64,000 nucleotides of DNA from positions 61,655 through 125,654 of the forward strand of contig JBAQNP010000005.1 in NCBI GenBank assembly GCA_049303905.1. Direction: 5' to 3'. Of the stretch, positions 1-9,406 are shown piece by piece. Every line of letters begins with the position of its first letter. Positions within the stretch are counted from its first letter, which is position 1. The position numbers and the translations under genes were made by a program. The notes beneath the pieces are model-generated. The model ran no database searches, was not told the DNA's origin, and saw only the letters and a list, made by a program, of their open reading frames with translations. The DNA comes from Candidatus Moraniibacteriota bacterium. Lineage in GTDB: Bacteria > Patescibacteriota > Minisyncoccia > Moranbacterales > UBA2206.

Positions 1-1
1 A

Positions 2-274
2 GGCGAAACAAGGGATATGACTAATTCAATCCATCCAGAGATAAAAGAAATATGCGCTCGGGCTTCTCGAGCAACTGGAAAAACCCTTGCTGGCATTGAT
101 CTCATTTGTGATGACATTACCTTGCCTCCCGACAAACAAAAAATCAGTATCTTAGAGATAAACGGCAAACCGGATATTTATATTCACTACAATCCTACTC
201 AGGGAGAAACTCAAAATGTAGTAAAGAAAATAATTGACTATATTCTAAAACTAAAAACTGTCTCTGTTTTATAA
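2..274 (+). CDS. C-terminal fragment of an ATP-grasp (RimK-like) ligase; reading frame is open to the window edge
   Basis: The C-terminal motifs (…AGIDLI…ILEINGKPD…) resemble the C-terminus of RimK / D-Ala-D-Ala-ligase-type ATP-grasp proteins. There is no in-frame stop upstream of the Met at 17. Confidence 0.45.
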   Translation, partial: GETRDMTNSIHPEIKEICARASRATGKTLAGIDLICDDITLPPDKQKISILEINGKPDIYIHYNPTQGETQNVVKKIIDYILKLKTVSVL

Positions 275-295
275 TTAATCTAATTTCATACCACC

Positions 296-1207
296 ATGCT
301 TCTAATTCTACGCACTAAGAAAAAATCTTCCAAAAAAATGACTGAGTTTAACAAAAAACTCTCTGCACATCTTAAGAAAAAAAATATTTCTTTTGATTTA
401 TCCAGTTTTGAAGATATGGAGTTATTTTTGGAAAATAAAAAAATAAATTTATTGATTGACGGAAAATCTTTGGAAAATTGGAAGACTATCTATCCCCGAA
501 AAGTTGGGCGTTATGGCGGAATGGCTTTTATCCTAGCTAATCTGTGCAAAAATAAAAATATACAATTCATCGACAAGTTTCATGAAAAAAGCAAGGCCAG
601 TTCTGACACAGCCAAAATAATTCAAATGTTCAAGTTTTCCCTTGGTAGTGTGCCTATTCCAAAAACATACTACTCGGTTGCTTATCAAAAAGATCACATT
701 CAAAATGCCGCTAAGTTTCTTGGCTTTCCTATTGTAATAAAGCAGTGCAACAGCTCTCAGGGTTCAGGAGTTTTTTTAGCTAAGAACAAAAAAATACTAA
801 CAGCAAAAATTACCGAGCTTATGCAAAAAGAAACAGGGAAAGAAATCTTTCTTCAAGAATTTATCCCCAATACTTTCGAATATAGAGTTTTTGTCACCGG
901 GAAAGAGGTGGGCGCAGTTGAGAAAAAAATTCGTACCAAAAAAAATGAATTCAGAAATAATGTTTTCCTTGGTGCCAGAGAAGAATTTATGAATATTACC
1001 TCAGTTAAAAAAATAATTCTTAATACTGCGTTAAGAGCTTCACGAGTGGCTAATATCCAAGTTTCTGGAGTGGATGTTGTAGAAAAGGAAAATGGCGAGG
1101 TTGCAATCTTTGAGGCTAATAGCTGTCCCAGTTTAACGCTTAATGAAAAAATTTCTCCTGAACTAAAAAGCTTAAGTGATTATTTAGAAAAATGCGAAAA
1201 AAAATAA
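296..1207 (+). CDS. RimK-like ATP-grasp ligase
   Basis: ATP-grasp fold signatures are present (FPIVIKQCNSSQGSGVFLAKN…, EFIP…YRVFVTG…, SGVDVVEKENGEVAIFEANSCPSL). The real start may be Met15 (MTEFNKK). Confidence 0.65.
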   Translation: MLLILRTKKKSSKKMTEFNKKLSAHLKKKNISFDLSSFEDMELFLENKKINLLIDGKSLENWKTIYPRKVGRYGGMAFILANLCKNKNIQFIDKFHEKSKASSDTAKIIQMFKFSLGSVPIPKTYYSVAYQKDHIQNAAKFLGFPIVIKQCNSSQGSGVFLAKNKKILTAKITELMQKETGKEIFLQEFIPNTFEYRVFVTGKEVGAVEKKIRTKKNEFRNNVFLGAREEFMNITSVKKIILNTALRASRVANIQVSGVDVVEKENGEVAIFEANSCPSLTLNEKISPELKSLSDYLEKCEKK

Positions 1208-2136
1208 TAATGTTTTTTAATAAGGAAAAATCAGAAGAAAACCCCTTTTTTGGTTTTGGTGAAAAAGAGGCGGTCTATTTTGATTTTTTCAAACAAGGCA
1301 CCCTTTCTGGTGCTGATATGTATATATCCAGTAAGGAAAAGAATTACCAAGGCGGATTAAAATTCAAAGATCCTCTCTTTTTTAATGGGAAAAAATTCAA
1401 AAAAATATCTGGCATCATAACTGCCGATGCAATTTATGATAGAAGTGGTGGATTGAAATTTCCTTCCAAAAAAATAAGTCAAAAAGTTTTGAACAACATT
1501 GCTTTCAAATCTCTTTGTTATAGTAAAAACAAAATGTATGAAACTCTTGGTGAATTTATGCCAAAAAGCTTTAAGATAAAAAATCAAAATGATTTTGAAA
1601 AAAAAATTAAATTATTTTCTCCAAATGAAATGGTTGTTATCAAGCCATCCGAAGGTTTAGGTGGAAAAGGTATTATCATAGACACTGTTTCAAATATTAT
1701 AAAATTAAAATTAGTTATTAAAAAAGAAACTGTTCTGCAAAGGTTTGTAGATACCTCTCTTGGAATAAAAAATATCACTAATGGTCGACACGATTTGAGA
1801 ATTGTTATAGTTTTTGGAAAAATAATTTTTGCCAGCCTGCGAACCCCCAAAGAAGGTAGTCTTCTTGCTAATGTCGCCCAGGGCGGAAAGATAAAAGAAA
1901 TTTCTATTAAAAAAATTCCTACTGAAGTCAAAAGTGTTGTTTTAAAAATACAAAAAGTTCTGGATAAAAAATTCAATTATCCAATTTATTCAATTGATCT
2001 TGGTATTGAAAATACCCAGCCTTTTGTTTTTGAATTAAATGATCAGATTGGTTTTCCTTCTAAGAAAATGAAAAGTTATAAGCTTTTTAATAAAGCCTTA
2101 ATTAAGTCTTTAGGAAAAATAGCAGCTCAAAAATAA
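1192..2136 (+). CDS. ATP-grasp family ligase, third in the tandem set
   Basis: Motifs MVVIKPSEGLGGKGIII, DLRIVIVFGK, ANVAQGGKI and SIDLGIE… fit an ATP-grasp protein. It overlaps the upstream gene by 16 nt, consistent with an operon. Confidence 0.55.
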   Translation: MRKKIIMFFNKEKSEENPFFGFGEKEAVYFDFFKQGTLSGADMYISSKEKNYQGGLKFKDPLFFNGKKFKKISGIITADAIYDRSGGLKFPSKKISQKVLNNIAFKSLCYSKNKMYETLGEFMPKSFKIKNQNDFEKKIKLFSPNEMVVIKPSEGLGGKGIIIDTVSNIIKLKLVIKKETVLQRFVDTSLGIKNITNGRHDLRIVIVFGKIIFASLRTPKEGSLLANVAQGGKIKEISIKKIPTEVKSVVLKIQKVLDKKFNYPIYSIDLGIENTQPFVFELNDQIGFPSKKMKSYKLFNKALIKSLGKIAAQK

Positions 2137-2206
2137 CTTTGCCTTGATAACTTTTCTCTTTTATAATAGAATATAAGATGCTTTATAAATAAGCTAAATA
2201 AATTGT

Positions 2207-4765
2207 ATGTATATCTTCAGCCCTAAAAATTCTACCGGATCATCCGGCAAAAAACGTTTTAAAATTAATTGGAAATTCCTACGAAAATCGGCTTTGATTT
2301 TTTTTGGCGCTATCTTGCTTTTTGTTATTGCGGTTTTCGCTTGGTTTGCCAAGGATCTTCCAAGCCCTGGGAATCTGAAGAATCGCGTCGTCATTCAATC
2401 AACTAAGATCTATGATCGCAGTGGAAATCATATTCTTTATGAAGTCCACGGAGAAGAAAAAAGAACGGAAATCCCCTTTTCCCAAATGCCGGAAAGTTTG
2501 CGTTATGCTACTATCGCCCTGGAAGATCAAAGTTTCTATAATCATATCGGTATTCAACCGAAAAGTATTTTGCGCGCTGCTCTAAAGGATGTTTTCAAGT
2601 TTGGCGCTTCTCAAGGTGGATCAACTATCACCCAGCAACTTATCAAGCAATCCCTCCTGACCTCAGAAAAAACTTTCACAAGAAAAATAAAAGAAGTTAT
2701 TCTGGCTATCGAACTAGAACAAAAATTTTCCAAAGACGAAATCTTAGCCATGTATCTTAACGAGATTCCTTATGGCTCTAATGCTTATGGCGTTGAAGCG
2801 GCCGCCCAAACTTTTTTTGGTAAACATGCCAGCGAACTAACACTGGATGAATCCGCTATCTTAGCTTCCCTACCTCAAGCGCCTTCTCGATATTCACCTT
2901 ATGGAACCCACACAGAAAACCTCAAGGCTCGTCAAGAGTATGCATTGAGTCAAATGGCTCGCTTAGGTTATATAACTCAAGATCAAGCCAATGAAGCAAA
3001 GGCAGTGGATATTTTTTCTAAGATAAAAACTTTTTCTGATAATATCAGTGCCCCACATTTCGTAATGTATATTAAAGAATCTTTAGAAAAAAAATATGGG
3101 GCTGAGGCGGTTGAACAAGGTGGACTAAAAGTTTATACCACCCTTGATTGGGATAAGCAAAAAATCGCTGAGGAAGCCATCAAAAACCACAGTGAAAAAA
3201 ATGCCACCACCTACAAGGCCAACAATCAGGCACTTGTGGCGATGGATCCAAAAACTGGTCAGATTTTAGCCATGGTAGGTTCAAAAGATTATTTTGGCAA
3301 AGCCGTTCCTGCCGGTTGCGTGTCTGGAAAAAATTGTAAGTTTGAAGGCAATTTCAATGTGGCTACTGCTCTTCGCCAACCCGGCTCATCCTTTAAGCCC
3401 TATGTCTATCTAACCGCATTTTCCAAAGGCTATACCCCAGAAACAAATCTTTGGGATGTAGACACTAATTTTTCTACTGATGATGGAAAAGAATATAATC
3501 CAAAAAATTATGACGGCGAAAATCGAGGTTTACTTAAGATGAAAGACGCGTTAGCAATGTCACTTAATGTTCCTGCAGTAAAAACACTTTATCTCGCTGG
3601 GGTGCAAGAATCCATAGATACAGCTCATAAAATGGGTATCACGACCCTAAAAAATCCTAAAGATTATGGTCTTTCTTTAGTTCTTGGTGGAGGTGAGGTA
3701 AAATTACTTGATCATGTTAATGCTTTTTCCACCTTTGCTACAGGCGGAATTCATCATTCCACTGTTTCTGTTTTAAAAGTTGAAAGCGGATCAGGTGAAA
3801 TTTTAGAAGAATATAAACCGAGCGACGGACAAAGAGTGATCGAAGAAAAACATGTCGCGATGATAGACTACGTTTTATCCACTAATGAACTTCGCGCTCC
3901 GGTATTTGGAGAAAACAATCCACTCAAATTTGAAAATCGTCCTGTGGCAGCTAAAACTGGCACTACCAATGAATGGCGCGATGGTTGGACTGTTGGGTAT
4001 ACTCCATCTTTAGTCGCGGGTGTTTGGGCAGGGAATAATGATAATTCCATAATGGCCGAAGGGGCGGATGGATCCTATGTTGCCGCACCAATCTGGCGTG
4101 AATTTATGGAAAAATCTTTAGTTAATTATGATATTGAAAAATTTCCGGAATACAAAAAAGATGAAGAAGAAACAGGAAAAGATGTGCTAGATGGAAAACT
4201 TGATGACAAAAAAGAAATCCGCGTCTGTAAGATTCCCGGCTCTGACGATTATTGTTTAGCTAATGATAATTGCCCAGAATCTGAAAGAGAGAAAAAGAAA
4301 TTCGCCGACGCGCATTCTATTTTATATTATGTAAAAAAAGATGATCCCCGTGGAGACAAACCAGAAAAACCCGAGGATGATCCGCAGTTTAAGGGTTGGG
4401 AAAAAGCCATTGAAAAATGGTTGGACAAAAAAGAAGGTTATTCTTCTCGACCAACTCCAGAAAAAGAATGTCGGTCAGATGATTTTAAGGATTTTGATCC
4501 AAGTATAAAAATATCAGCGCCTTCTAGTGTTAGCTCTTCTTCTTTTACTATAAAAGTAAAAGCAGATGCGCCATTTGGAGTGGATAAGATAACTTTGTCT
4601 ATTGAAGGCGAGGAAGTTAAATCATCCTCTGAATCCTCTTTTAGTTATGACTATTCAGTTCCTGATTCCAAGAAAAATACTACTCTTTCAATTAAGGCCA
4701 CTGTCAAAGATAAAAATGGCGACAGTGATTCCGATAACACATCCGTGAAAACAAATATTCCCTAA
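2207..4765 (+). CDS. Class A penicillin-binding protein (PBP1A: transglycosylase plus transpeptidase) with a C-terminal Ig-like extension
   Basis: N-terminal TM segment. GT51 motifs (EDQSFYNHIGI, GGSTITQQL). Transpeptidase motifs SSFKP (SxxK) and KTGTT. The Ser/Thr-rich C-terminus has Big-like repeats. Confidence 0.85.
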   Translation: MYIFSPKNSTGSSGKKRFKINWKFLRKSALIFFGAILLFVIAVFAWFAKDLPSPGNLKNRVVIQSTKIYDRSGNHILYEVHGEEKRTEIPFSQMPESLRYATIALEDQSFYNHIGIQPKSILRAALKDVFKFGASQGGSTITQQLIKQSLLTSEKTFTRKIKEVILAIELEQKFSKDEILAMYLNEIPYGSNAYGVEAAAQTFFGKHASELTLDESAILASLPQAPSRYSPYGTHTENLKARQEYALSQMARLGYITQDQANEAKAVDIFSKIKTFSDNISAPHFVMYIKESLEKKYGAEAVEQGGLKVYTTLDWDKQKIAEEAIKNHSEKNATTYKANNQALVAMDPKTGQILAMVGSKDYFGKAVPAGCVSGKNCKFEGNFNVATALRQPGSSFKPYVYLTAFSKGYTPETNLWDVDTNFSTDDGKEYNPKNYDGENRGLLKMKDALAMSLNVPAVKTLYLAGVQESIDTAHKMGITTLKNPKDYGLSLVLGGGEVKLLDHVNAFSTFATGGIHHSTVSVLKVESGSGEILEEYKPSDGQRVIEEKHVAMIDYVLSTNELRAPVFGENNPLKFENRPVAAKTGTTNEWRDGWTVGYTPSLVAGVWAGNNDNSIMAEGADGSYVAAPIWREFMEKSLVNYDIEKFPEYKKDEEETGKDVLDGKLDDKKEIRVCKIPGSDDYCLANDNCPESEREKKKFADAHSILYYVKKDDPRGDKPEKPEDDPQFKGWEKAIEKWLDKKEGYSSRPTPEKECRSDDFKDFDPSIKISAPSSVSSSSFTIKVKADAPFGVDKITLSIEGEEVKSSSESSFSYDYSVPDSKKNTTLSIKATVKDKNGDSDSDNTSVKTNIP

Positions 4766-4788
4766 GAATTGAAATTTTTTTCCACTAA

Positions 4789-4820
4789 AAAACTCCGGCA
4801 ATCCGGAGTTTTTATTTTTA
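4789..4820. terminator. Rho-independent terminator hairpin downstream of the PBP gene
   Basis: AAAAAACTCCGG-caat-CCGGAGTTTTTATTTTT: a GC stem followed by a U-tract. It lies between convergent genes. Confidence 0.7.
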
Positions 4821-4831
4821 TAAGTTTTATT

Positions 4832-5278
4832 TTAGGTCTCTTTTTTAATTGGTTTATCAATATTTCCAATTTGGTTTTTACTAAAAAAATAGAAAAATGG
4901 AATGACCACAAGAAGTGAAACAAGATGCATTGAAGAAAAAATATAATTCATCACACTACTTCCATCAAAAAAAACAATTCTAAAAACAAATAAAAACACA
5001 CAAAGATATATTGTGGAAATTCTCACAATATTTGTATTGTCTTTTATAGCAAAAGTTTTAGTTATAAATTTTGCTGAATAAATTATACTTATCCAAACGA
5101 GAAAAAATTTCACTGCCTCACCCAAGATTGCCAACCAAACAATCACTCCGAAATTATTAGCTATGCCTTTTACAATATATCCAAAAATTGCACTAACTAA
5201 AAATGGTGCAAAAACCCCAGCTAGCATCCAATGAATCAAAGCAATTTTCCAATCTTGTATTTTCTTTTTCTTTTTCAT
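4832..5278 (-). CDS. Hypothetical small membrane protein
   Basis: The 148-aa ORF has 4 predicted TM segments. No recognisable family. Confidence 0.4.
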   Translation of the reverse strand: MKKKKKIQDWKIALIHWMLAGVFAPFLVSAIFGYIVKGIANNFGVIVWLAILGEAVKFFLVWISIIYSAKFITKTFAIKDNTNIVRISTIYLCVFLFVFRIVFFDGSSVMNYIFSSMHLVSLLVVIPFFYFFSKNQIGNIDKPIKKET

Positions 5279-5347
5279 AATAAATTTTTATTTTTTGTCT
5301 TTTTTTATTATACAATATTTTTGAAATTCATCAAAATTAAAAAGTTT

Positions 5348-5629
5348 TTATTTTATTTTTATTTCCTTAATTGCACCCTCCCCCAATTCTTTGTTTATTT
5401 TTTTAATGATCGTGTTTCGATTGGAAAATAATTCACTCGCCCAAGCGGAGCTAGTGAGTTTTATAAAAATAGTCCCGTTTTTAAAATAATCCGCTCGAAG
5501 TTTTGACGCTCCGACATTACCAAATTCCTCCTTAATAACTCGATTAAAAATATAGAAAAAATCTTTGTCCGTTAAGGATATTTTTTTAGTCTCTTTTCTT
5601 TTGTATAAAAGGTTTTTTAGGGATTTCAT
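5348..5629 (-). CDS. DUF721 family protein, possibly a DciA-like helicase-loader
   Basis: 93 aa. The IKLTSSAWASEL… pattern matches the SSAWAQEL-type core of DUF721. It is encoded in the origin neighbourhood. Confidence 0.5.
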   Translation of the reverse strand: MKSLKNLLYKRKETKKISLTDKDFFYIFNRVIKEEFGNVGASKLRADYFKNGTIFIKLTSSAWASELFSNRNTIIKKINKELGEGAIKEIKIK

Positions 5630-5635
5630 AATATT

Positions 5636-6433
5636 TTATGTTTCAAAATTTTTCAAAAAATCTGGTAAGCTAAGAATCCATTTAGCTTGTTCGCTTTGGA
5701 AAATAAAAGGCGAAACATCTTTAATCGCTTGTTCTAAATCAGAAGCGGAAATAATTTTTTCAAGCTCGATGATTAATTCTTTTTTGTTTTTTACATTAAT
5801 CTTTTTCTCCTTAAAAATTGCATGATTTGGCTCGATGTTTTTTTGCGCTAAAAACCAAACTAGATCATAGAAGTCCCGCCCTTTTTGATAGGGTCTAAAT
5901 TTCAGAGCGATAATTTTTTGCGCAAAAAGCGTGGGTAAAGTATTAATCAAAATTGGAAATCTTTCTCCAAAACTATCCACAAATTTTGTTTCAAATTTGA
6001 TATTTTTATATGGATCAAAATCAATTTCAAATTTGATAGTTATTTTTTCATTCTCTTGAACATTAAACCCAAATTCTTGCAAAACATTTTTAAATTTAAA
6101 ATAAATAATATGAATATTTTCTGTCGTCTTAATTTTTGTGTCCAAGCTAAATCCTAAAAGCTCCAGCTTTCCAGCAATCTCTTTGCCTATTTGATTAATA
6201 TCAAAATTTTCTTTTTTCAATAAATCAAAATCCAAATCCTCGGAAAATCTTTCGATATTATGAAGAAAACGCAGACTGGTCCCTCCCAAAAAAGAAACTG
6301 CGTCATTAAATTCACTCATTGAAAGAACTTTGAGAATTTGCGTTTGCAAATACTCTCTCAAAACATCTCTTTCTCGCCAAGGAATGTTTTTCTTTTGACA
6401 ATAATCCCTAAAATATTTTTTATCCGGCAACAT
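5636..6433 (-). CDS. AbiEii/AbiGii-family nucleotidyltransferase toxin (type IV TA / abortive infection)
   Basis: The N-terminus (…LGGTSLRFLHNIERFSEDLDFDL…) is the characteristic AbiEii (DUF1814) signature. It overlaps the upstream antitoxin by 14 nt. Confidence 0.75.
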   Translation of the reverse strand: MLPDKKYFRDYCQKKNIPWRERDVLREYLQTQILKVLSMSEFNDAVSFLGGTSLRFLHNIERFSEDLDFDLLKKENFDINQIGKEIAGKLELLGFSLDTKIKTTENIHIIYFKFKNVLQEFGFNVQENEKITIKFEIDFDPYKNIKFETKFVDSFGERFPILINTLPTLFAQKIIALKFRPYQKGRDFYDLVWFLAQKNIEPNHAIFKEKKINVKNKKELIIELEKIISASDLEQAIKDVSPFIFQSEQAKWILSLPDFLKNFET

Positions 6434-7049
6434 AAAATTTAATAAAATTATTAGTTAATTCCAAAACTTTTTTATTCTCAAAAGCTTTGGCAAATCTCGT
6501 CAGTTTATTTTTATTATATCTAAAATCATCACTGAATCGATAACTCTCAAATTGAAGCTGACTACCATCTAAAATATTCTTATTCAGATAAAAAAAATCC
6601 ACCAAGGCTTTTTCCGGCAAAGCTAAATTAAATGAAATTCCGAATTCTCTTTTTTGAATCGTTTCATATCCACCAAAAGCCGTTTTTTTGATTTTACGAA
6701 AAGTAAATTTTCCAAAATCATTAGAAAGCTCTTTTGTTTCTCGACTGGTCACGGAAGTTGTGGTAAAAACCGCTTCTGGAATAATTCCATAATATCCCAG
6801 GGCCGTTTCTAAGCTCACATAGGAAGGCGCATAAATCTTTGAAGCCAAAATCATTGGATCAACTGCATGTTTTAGATAACCCAGTAAATATAAGCCTTTT
6901 CTGAGTTGCAAAAGATACTCTTTTTTTTTCCAATTTTCCAAATTATTCAGAAATGACCGCTTAAATTCAGCTCCCAAAATTAATCGTAATTCTTTTGTGT
7001 TAAAAAGCGGAAATTCCTCCATTTTTTGCCTAAATTCAATATAATTCAT
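6420..7049 (-). CDS. AbiEi-family antitoxin / transcriptional regulator
   Basis: It sits immediately upstream of, and overlapping, the AbiEii toxin. The N-terminal region (…LRLILGAEF…LRKGLYLL) fits an AbiEi-type wHTH. Confidence 0.6.
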   Translation of the reverse strand: MNYIEFRQKMEEFPLFNTKELRLILGAEFKRSFLNNLENWKKKEYLLQLRKGLYLLGYLKHAVDPMILASKIYAPSYVSLETALGYYGIIPEAVFTTTSVTSRETKELSNDFGKFTFRKIKKTAFGGYETIQKREFGISFNLALPEKALVDFFYLNKNILDGSQLQFESYRFSDDFRYNKNKLTRFAKAFENKKVLELTNNFIKFYVAG

Positions 7050-7285
7050 TGTCGTAATTCATAAATTTTTATGATTTATGACATTATTATATCAAACACT
7101 AACTTTTTTGTCAATCTTTTTTCCCTAAAACAGACTCGATTAAGCCAATAACTTCTATGCGAATAAAAAATCAAAAAAAATATTCAAACCCCATAACCAC
7201 TTTCTATGTATAATTATTGAAAATTATTTTAATAATGCATAATTGTTAACATTTTTGTTAATAATATTACATCATAAAAAATTTA

Positions 7286-8230
7286 TTATCCTTTATTTTT
7301 CTTAAGAAAATCATGAATTGCGCGCGCGGAAATTGCACCTTCGGAGGCAGCAGTAATCACTTGGCGAAATTTATCTGAGCCATCTGTGATATCACCAGCT
7401 GAAAAAACTCCTGCTACATTTGTCGCGCCATTTTTTTGAATTTTAATATAACCGCTTTCATCCAATTTGATTCCTAATTCACTAAAATATTCCGTCGCCG
7501 GATCCGAGCCAGCTTCGATAAAAAGTCCGTCTAAGTTTAATTCTTTTGAATTTTTATGTTCTCGGTCTAGTTTTACTTTTTCTAATTTTTGCTGGCCTAA
7601 AATTTCCACTACATTAGTTTCATATAACACTTCAATTTTCGGATTTTTCAAAATTAAATTTACCCAGAATGGCTCAGCGCGAAGTTCGGTTTTTCGATAA
7701 ATTAAATATACCTTCTGCGCTAAATCCGCTAAGTATAATGTAGCGGTCGCCGCGCTATCTGATCCACCAATTACGCCCACGATTTTATTTTTATAAAAAA
7801 ATCCATCACAAGTAGCACAATATGAAACACCTTTCCCAATAAATTCTTTTTCTCCAATAATATTTAATTTTCTTTTTTTTGTGCCAGTCGCTAAAAGAAT
7901 TGTTCGCGCTTGCAAGGTTTTTTTATTCGCTAAGATTATAGAAAAAATATTATTTTCTTTTTTTATTTCTTCCACTATATCTGGCAAAATTTCCACCCCA
8001 TATTTTTTGGCATGATTTCCCCATTTTTGACTAAAATCAAATCCGCTCATATCTTCCATCCCAGGATAGTTGTCAATTTTATGCGTCTCACTAATTTGCC
8101 CACCTAAAATAGCCCCAATAATAAGATGCTTTATCCCGTACCGCGAAGCGTAGATTGACGCTGCAAGTCCTGCCGGCCCCGCGCCAATTATTATTAGATC
8201 GTGAATTTTATTTTCTGTTTCATGTTTCAT
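7286..8230 (-). CDS. trxB: Thioredoxin-disulfide reductase
   Basis: FAD motif GAGPAG, redox-active CATCDG, NAD(P) motif GGSDSA. Confidence 0.9.
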   Translation of the reverse strand: MKHETENKIHDLIIIGAGPAGLAASIYASRYGIKHLIIGAILGGQISETHKIDNYPGMEDMSGFDFSQKWGNHAKKYGVEILPDIVEEIKKENNIFSIILANKKTLQARTILLATGTKKRKLNIIGEKEFIGKGVSYCATCDGFFYKNKIVGVIGGSDSAATATLYLADLAQKVYLIYRKTELRAEPFWVNLILKNPKIEVLYETNVVEILGQQKLEKVKLDREHKNSKELNLDGLFIEAGSDPATEYFSELGIKLDESGYIKIQKNGATNVAGVFSAGDITDGSDKFRQVITAASEGAISARAIHDFLKKNKG

Positions 8231-8248
8231 GCTATATGTTTAATGTTT

Positions 8249-9406
8249 TTAATTTTTTATCGGCATCACAATATAAGTGAAATCTTCCAAAACTTCGCCG
8301 GATTTTTCATTTATTTCACGAACTGCTACAGGCGTAGCTTCACTATTTAGCAAAATTGCCACCTGAGAAGTAGTAGTAGCGTTAATTCCATCCAAAAGAT
8401 ATTTAGAGTTAAAAACAACTTCCTGAGATGGTCCTGTGATGTCAAATTTAAGCTCAGCCGAATTTTCTCCAGCTTCAGCGCTAGAAGATAGAATAAAAAT
8501 TTTTTCTTCTTCTTGGCTAATTTTAAGCGTTATCTCATTTGATCCGCCTGCAGAAAAAACACTCGCCATTTTGATAGCATTTTGCAAAACTTGTTTCTCT
8601 CCCACTATTCTTGTTTTATATTCAGCCGGCATTATATGTTTATATTCTGGATATTTTCCATTTATAAGTCGGGAGACTAATTTAATACCATCTATTTCAA
8701 AAAATATTTGCCCCTCCTCAATACTTATTTTTACTCGATTATCAATATCAGGCGCCAGCATCCGATTTAATTCCCCTAAAACATTCGCAGGGATAATCAC
8801 ATTTTCATTTTTTTCAATAAAAAGCTTGTAAGTTTCCTTGTTTATATTAATTTCTTCTATTTTAATTTTACATTCCGATAAACGAAAACTATCTGTAGCC
8901 GCTAAAATAAGCTCTTTTTCTCTTAATATAAGGTTTATTCCTGTAAGTTCTTGACGTGATTCATTAAAGGCTACTGCTGGCATTACTTTTAAAATAGCGG
9001 TTTTTAACTCTAAACTAGAAAGATCCAATAGGTGTTCTGTTTTTCTAAGTGGCAGAAGAGGGAAATCTTCTGCTGAAATTCCCTTTATTATAGCTTTATT
9101 TATCCCACTTTTTATTTTTAAATTATTATCCACAAGTTCTAATGAAATATTCTCTCCACTTGGAAGATTAGTAGAAAAATTACTAATAAGTTTAGCTGGA
9201 ATTGTTATTCGCCCTTCTTTTTCTATTTTTGCCCCTATTTTAGAAGAAACTCCAATTTCTAAATTAGTAGCAGATAATTTCAATCCTCCTTTTTCTGTTT
9301 CAAAAAGGATATTATTTAAAATAGGTAAGGTATTTTTTTTTGAAACTACTCTTTCGCAATTAAAAATTGCTTTTTTAAAATTCACCTCCGTACAAATTAA
9401 TTTCAT
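8249..9406 (-). CDS. dnaN: DNA polymerase III beta subunit (sliding clamp)
   Basis: The N-terminus MKLICTEVNFKKAI…LPILNNILFET… is typical of DnaN. Length is 385 aa. It lies immediately downstream of dnaA. Confidence 0.9.
   Translation of the reverse strand: MKLICTEVNFKKAIFNCERVVSKKNTLPILNNILFETEKGGLKLSATNLEIGVSSKIGAKIEKEGRITIPAKLISNFSTNLPSGENISLELVDNNLKIKSGINKAIIKGISAEDFPLLPLRKTEHLLDLSSLELKTAILKVMPAVAFNESRQELTGINLILREKELILAATDSFRLSECKIKIEEININKETYKLFIEKNENVIIPANVLGELNRMLAPDIDNRVKISIEEGQIFFEIDGIKLVSRLINGKYPEYKHIMPAEYKTRIVGEKQVLQNAIKMASVFSAGGSNEITLKISQEEEKIFILSSSAEAGENSAELKFDITGPSQEVVFNSKYLLDGINATTTSQVAILLNSEATPVAVREINEKSGEVLEDFTYIVMPIKN

Noticed and set aside
1357-1976. Two minus-strand ORFs (76 and 130 aa) inside the second and third ATP-grasp genes
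   Set aside because: They lie antisense to well-supported coding sequence, are low complexity, and have no motifs.
3868-4050. 60-aa minus ORF inside the PBP gene
   Set aside because: Antisense to the transpeptidase KTG region. Spurious.
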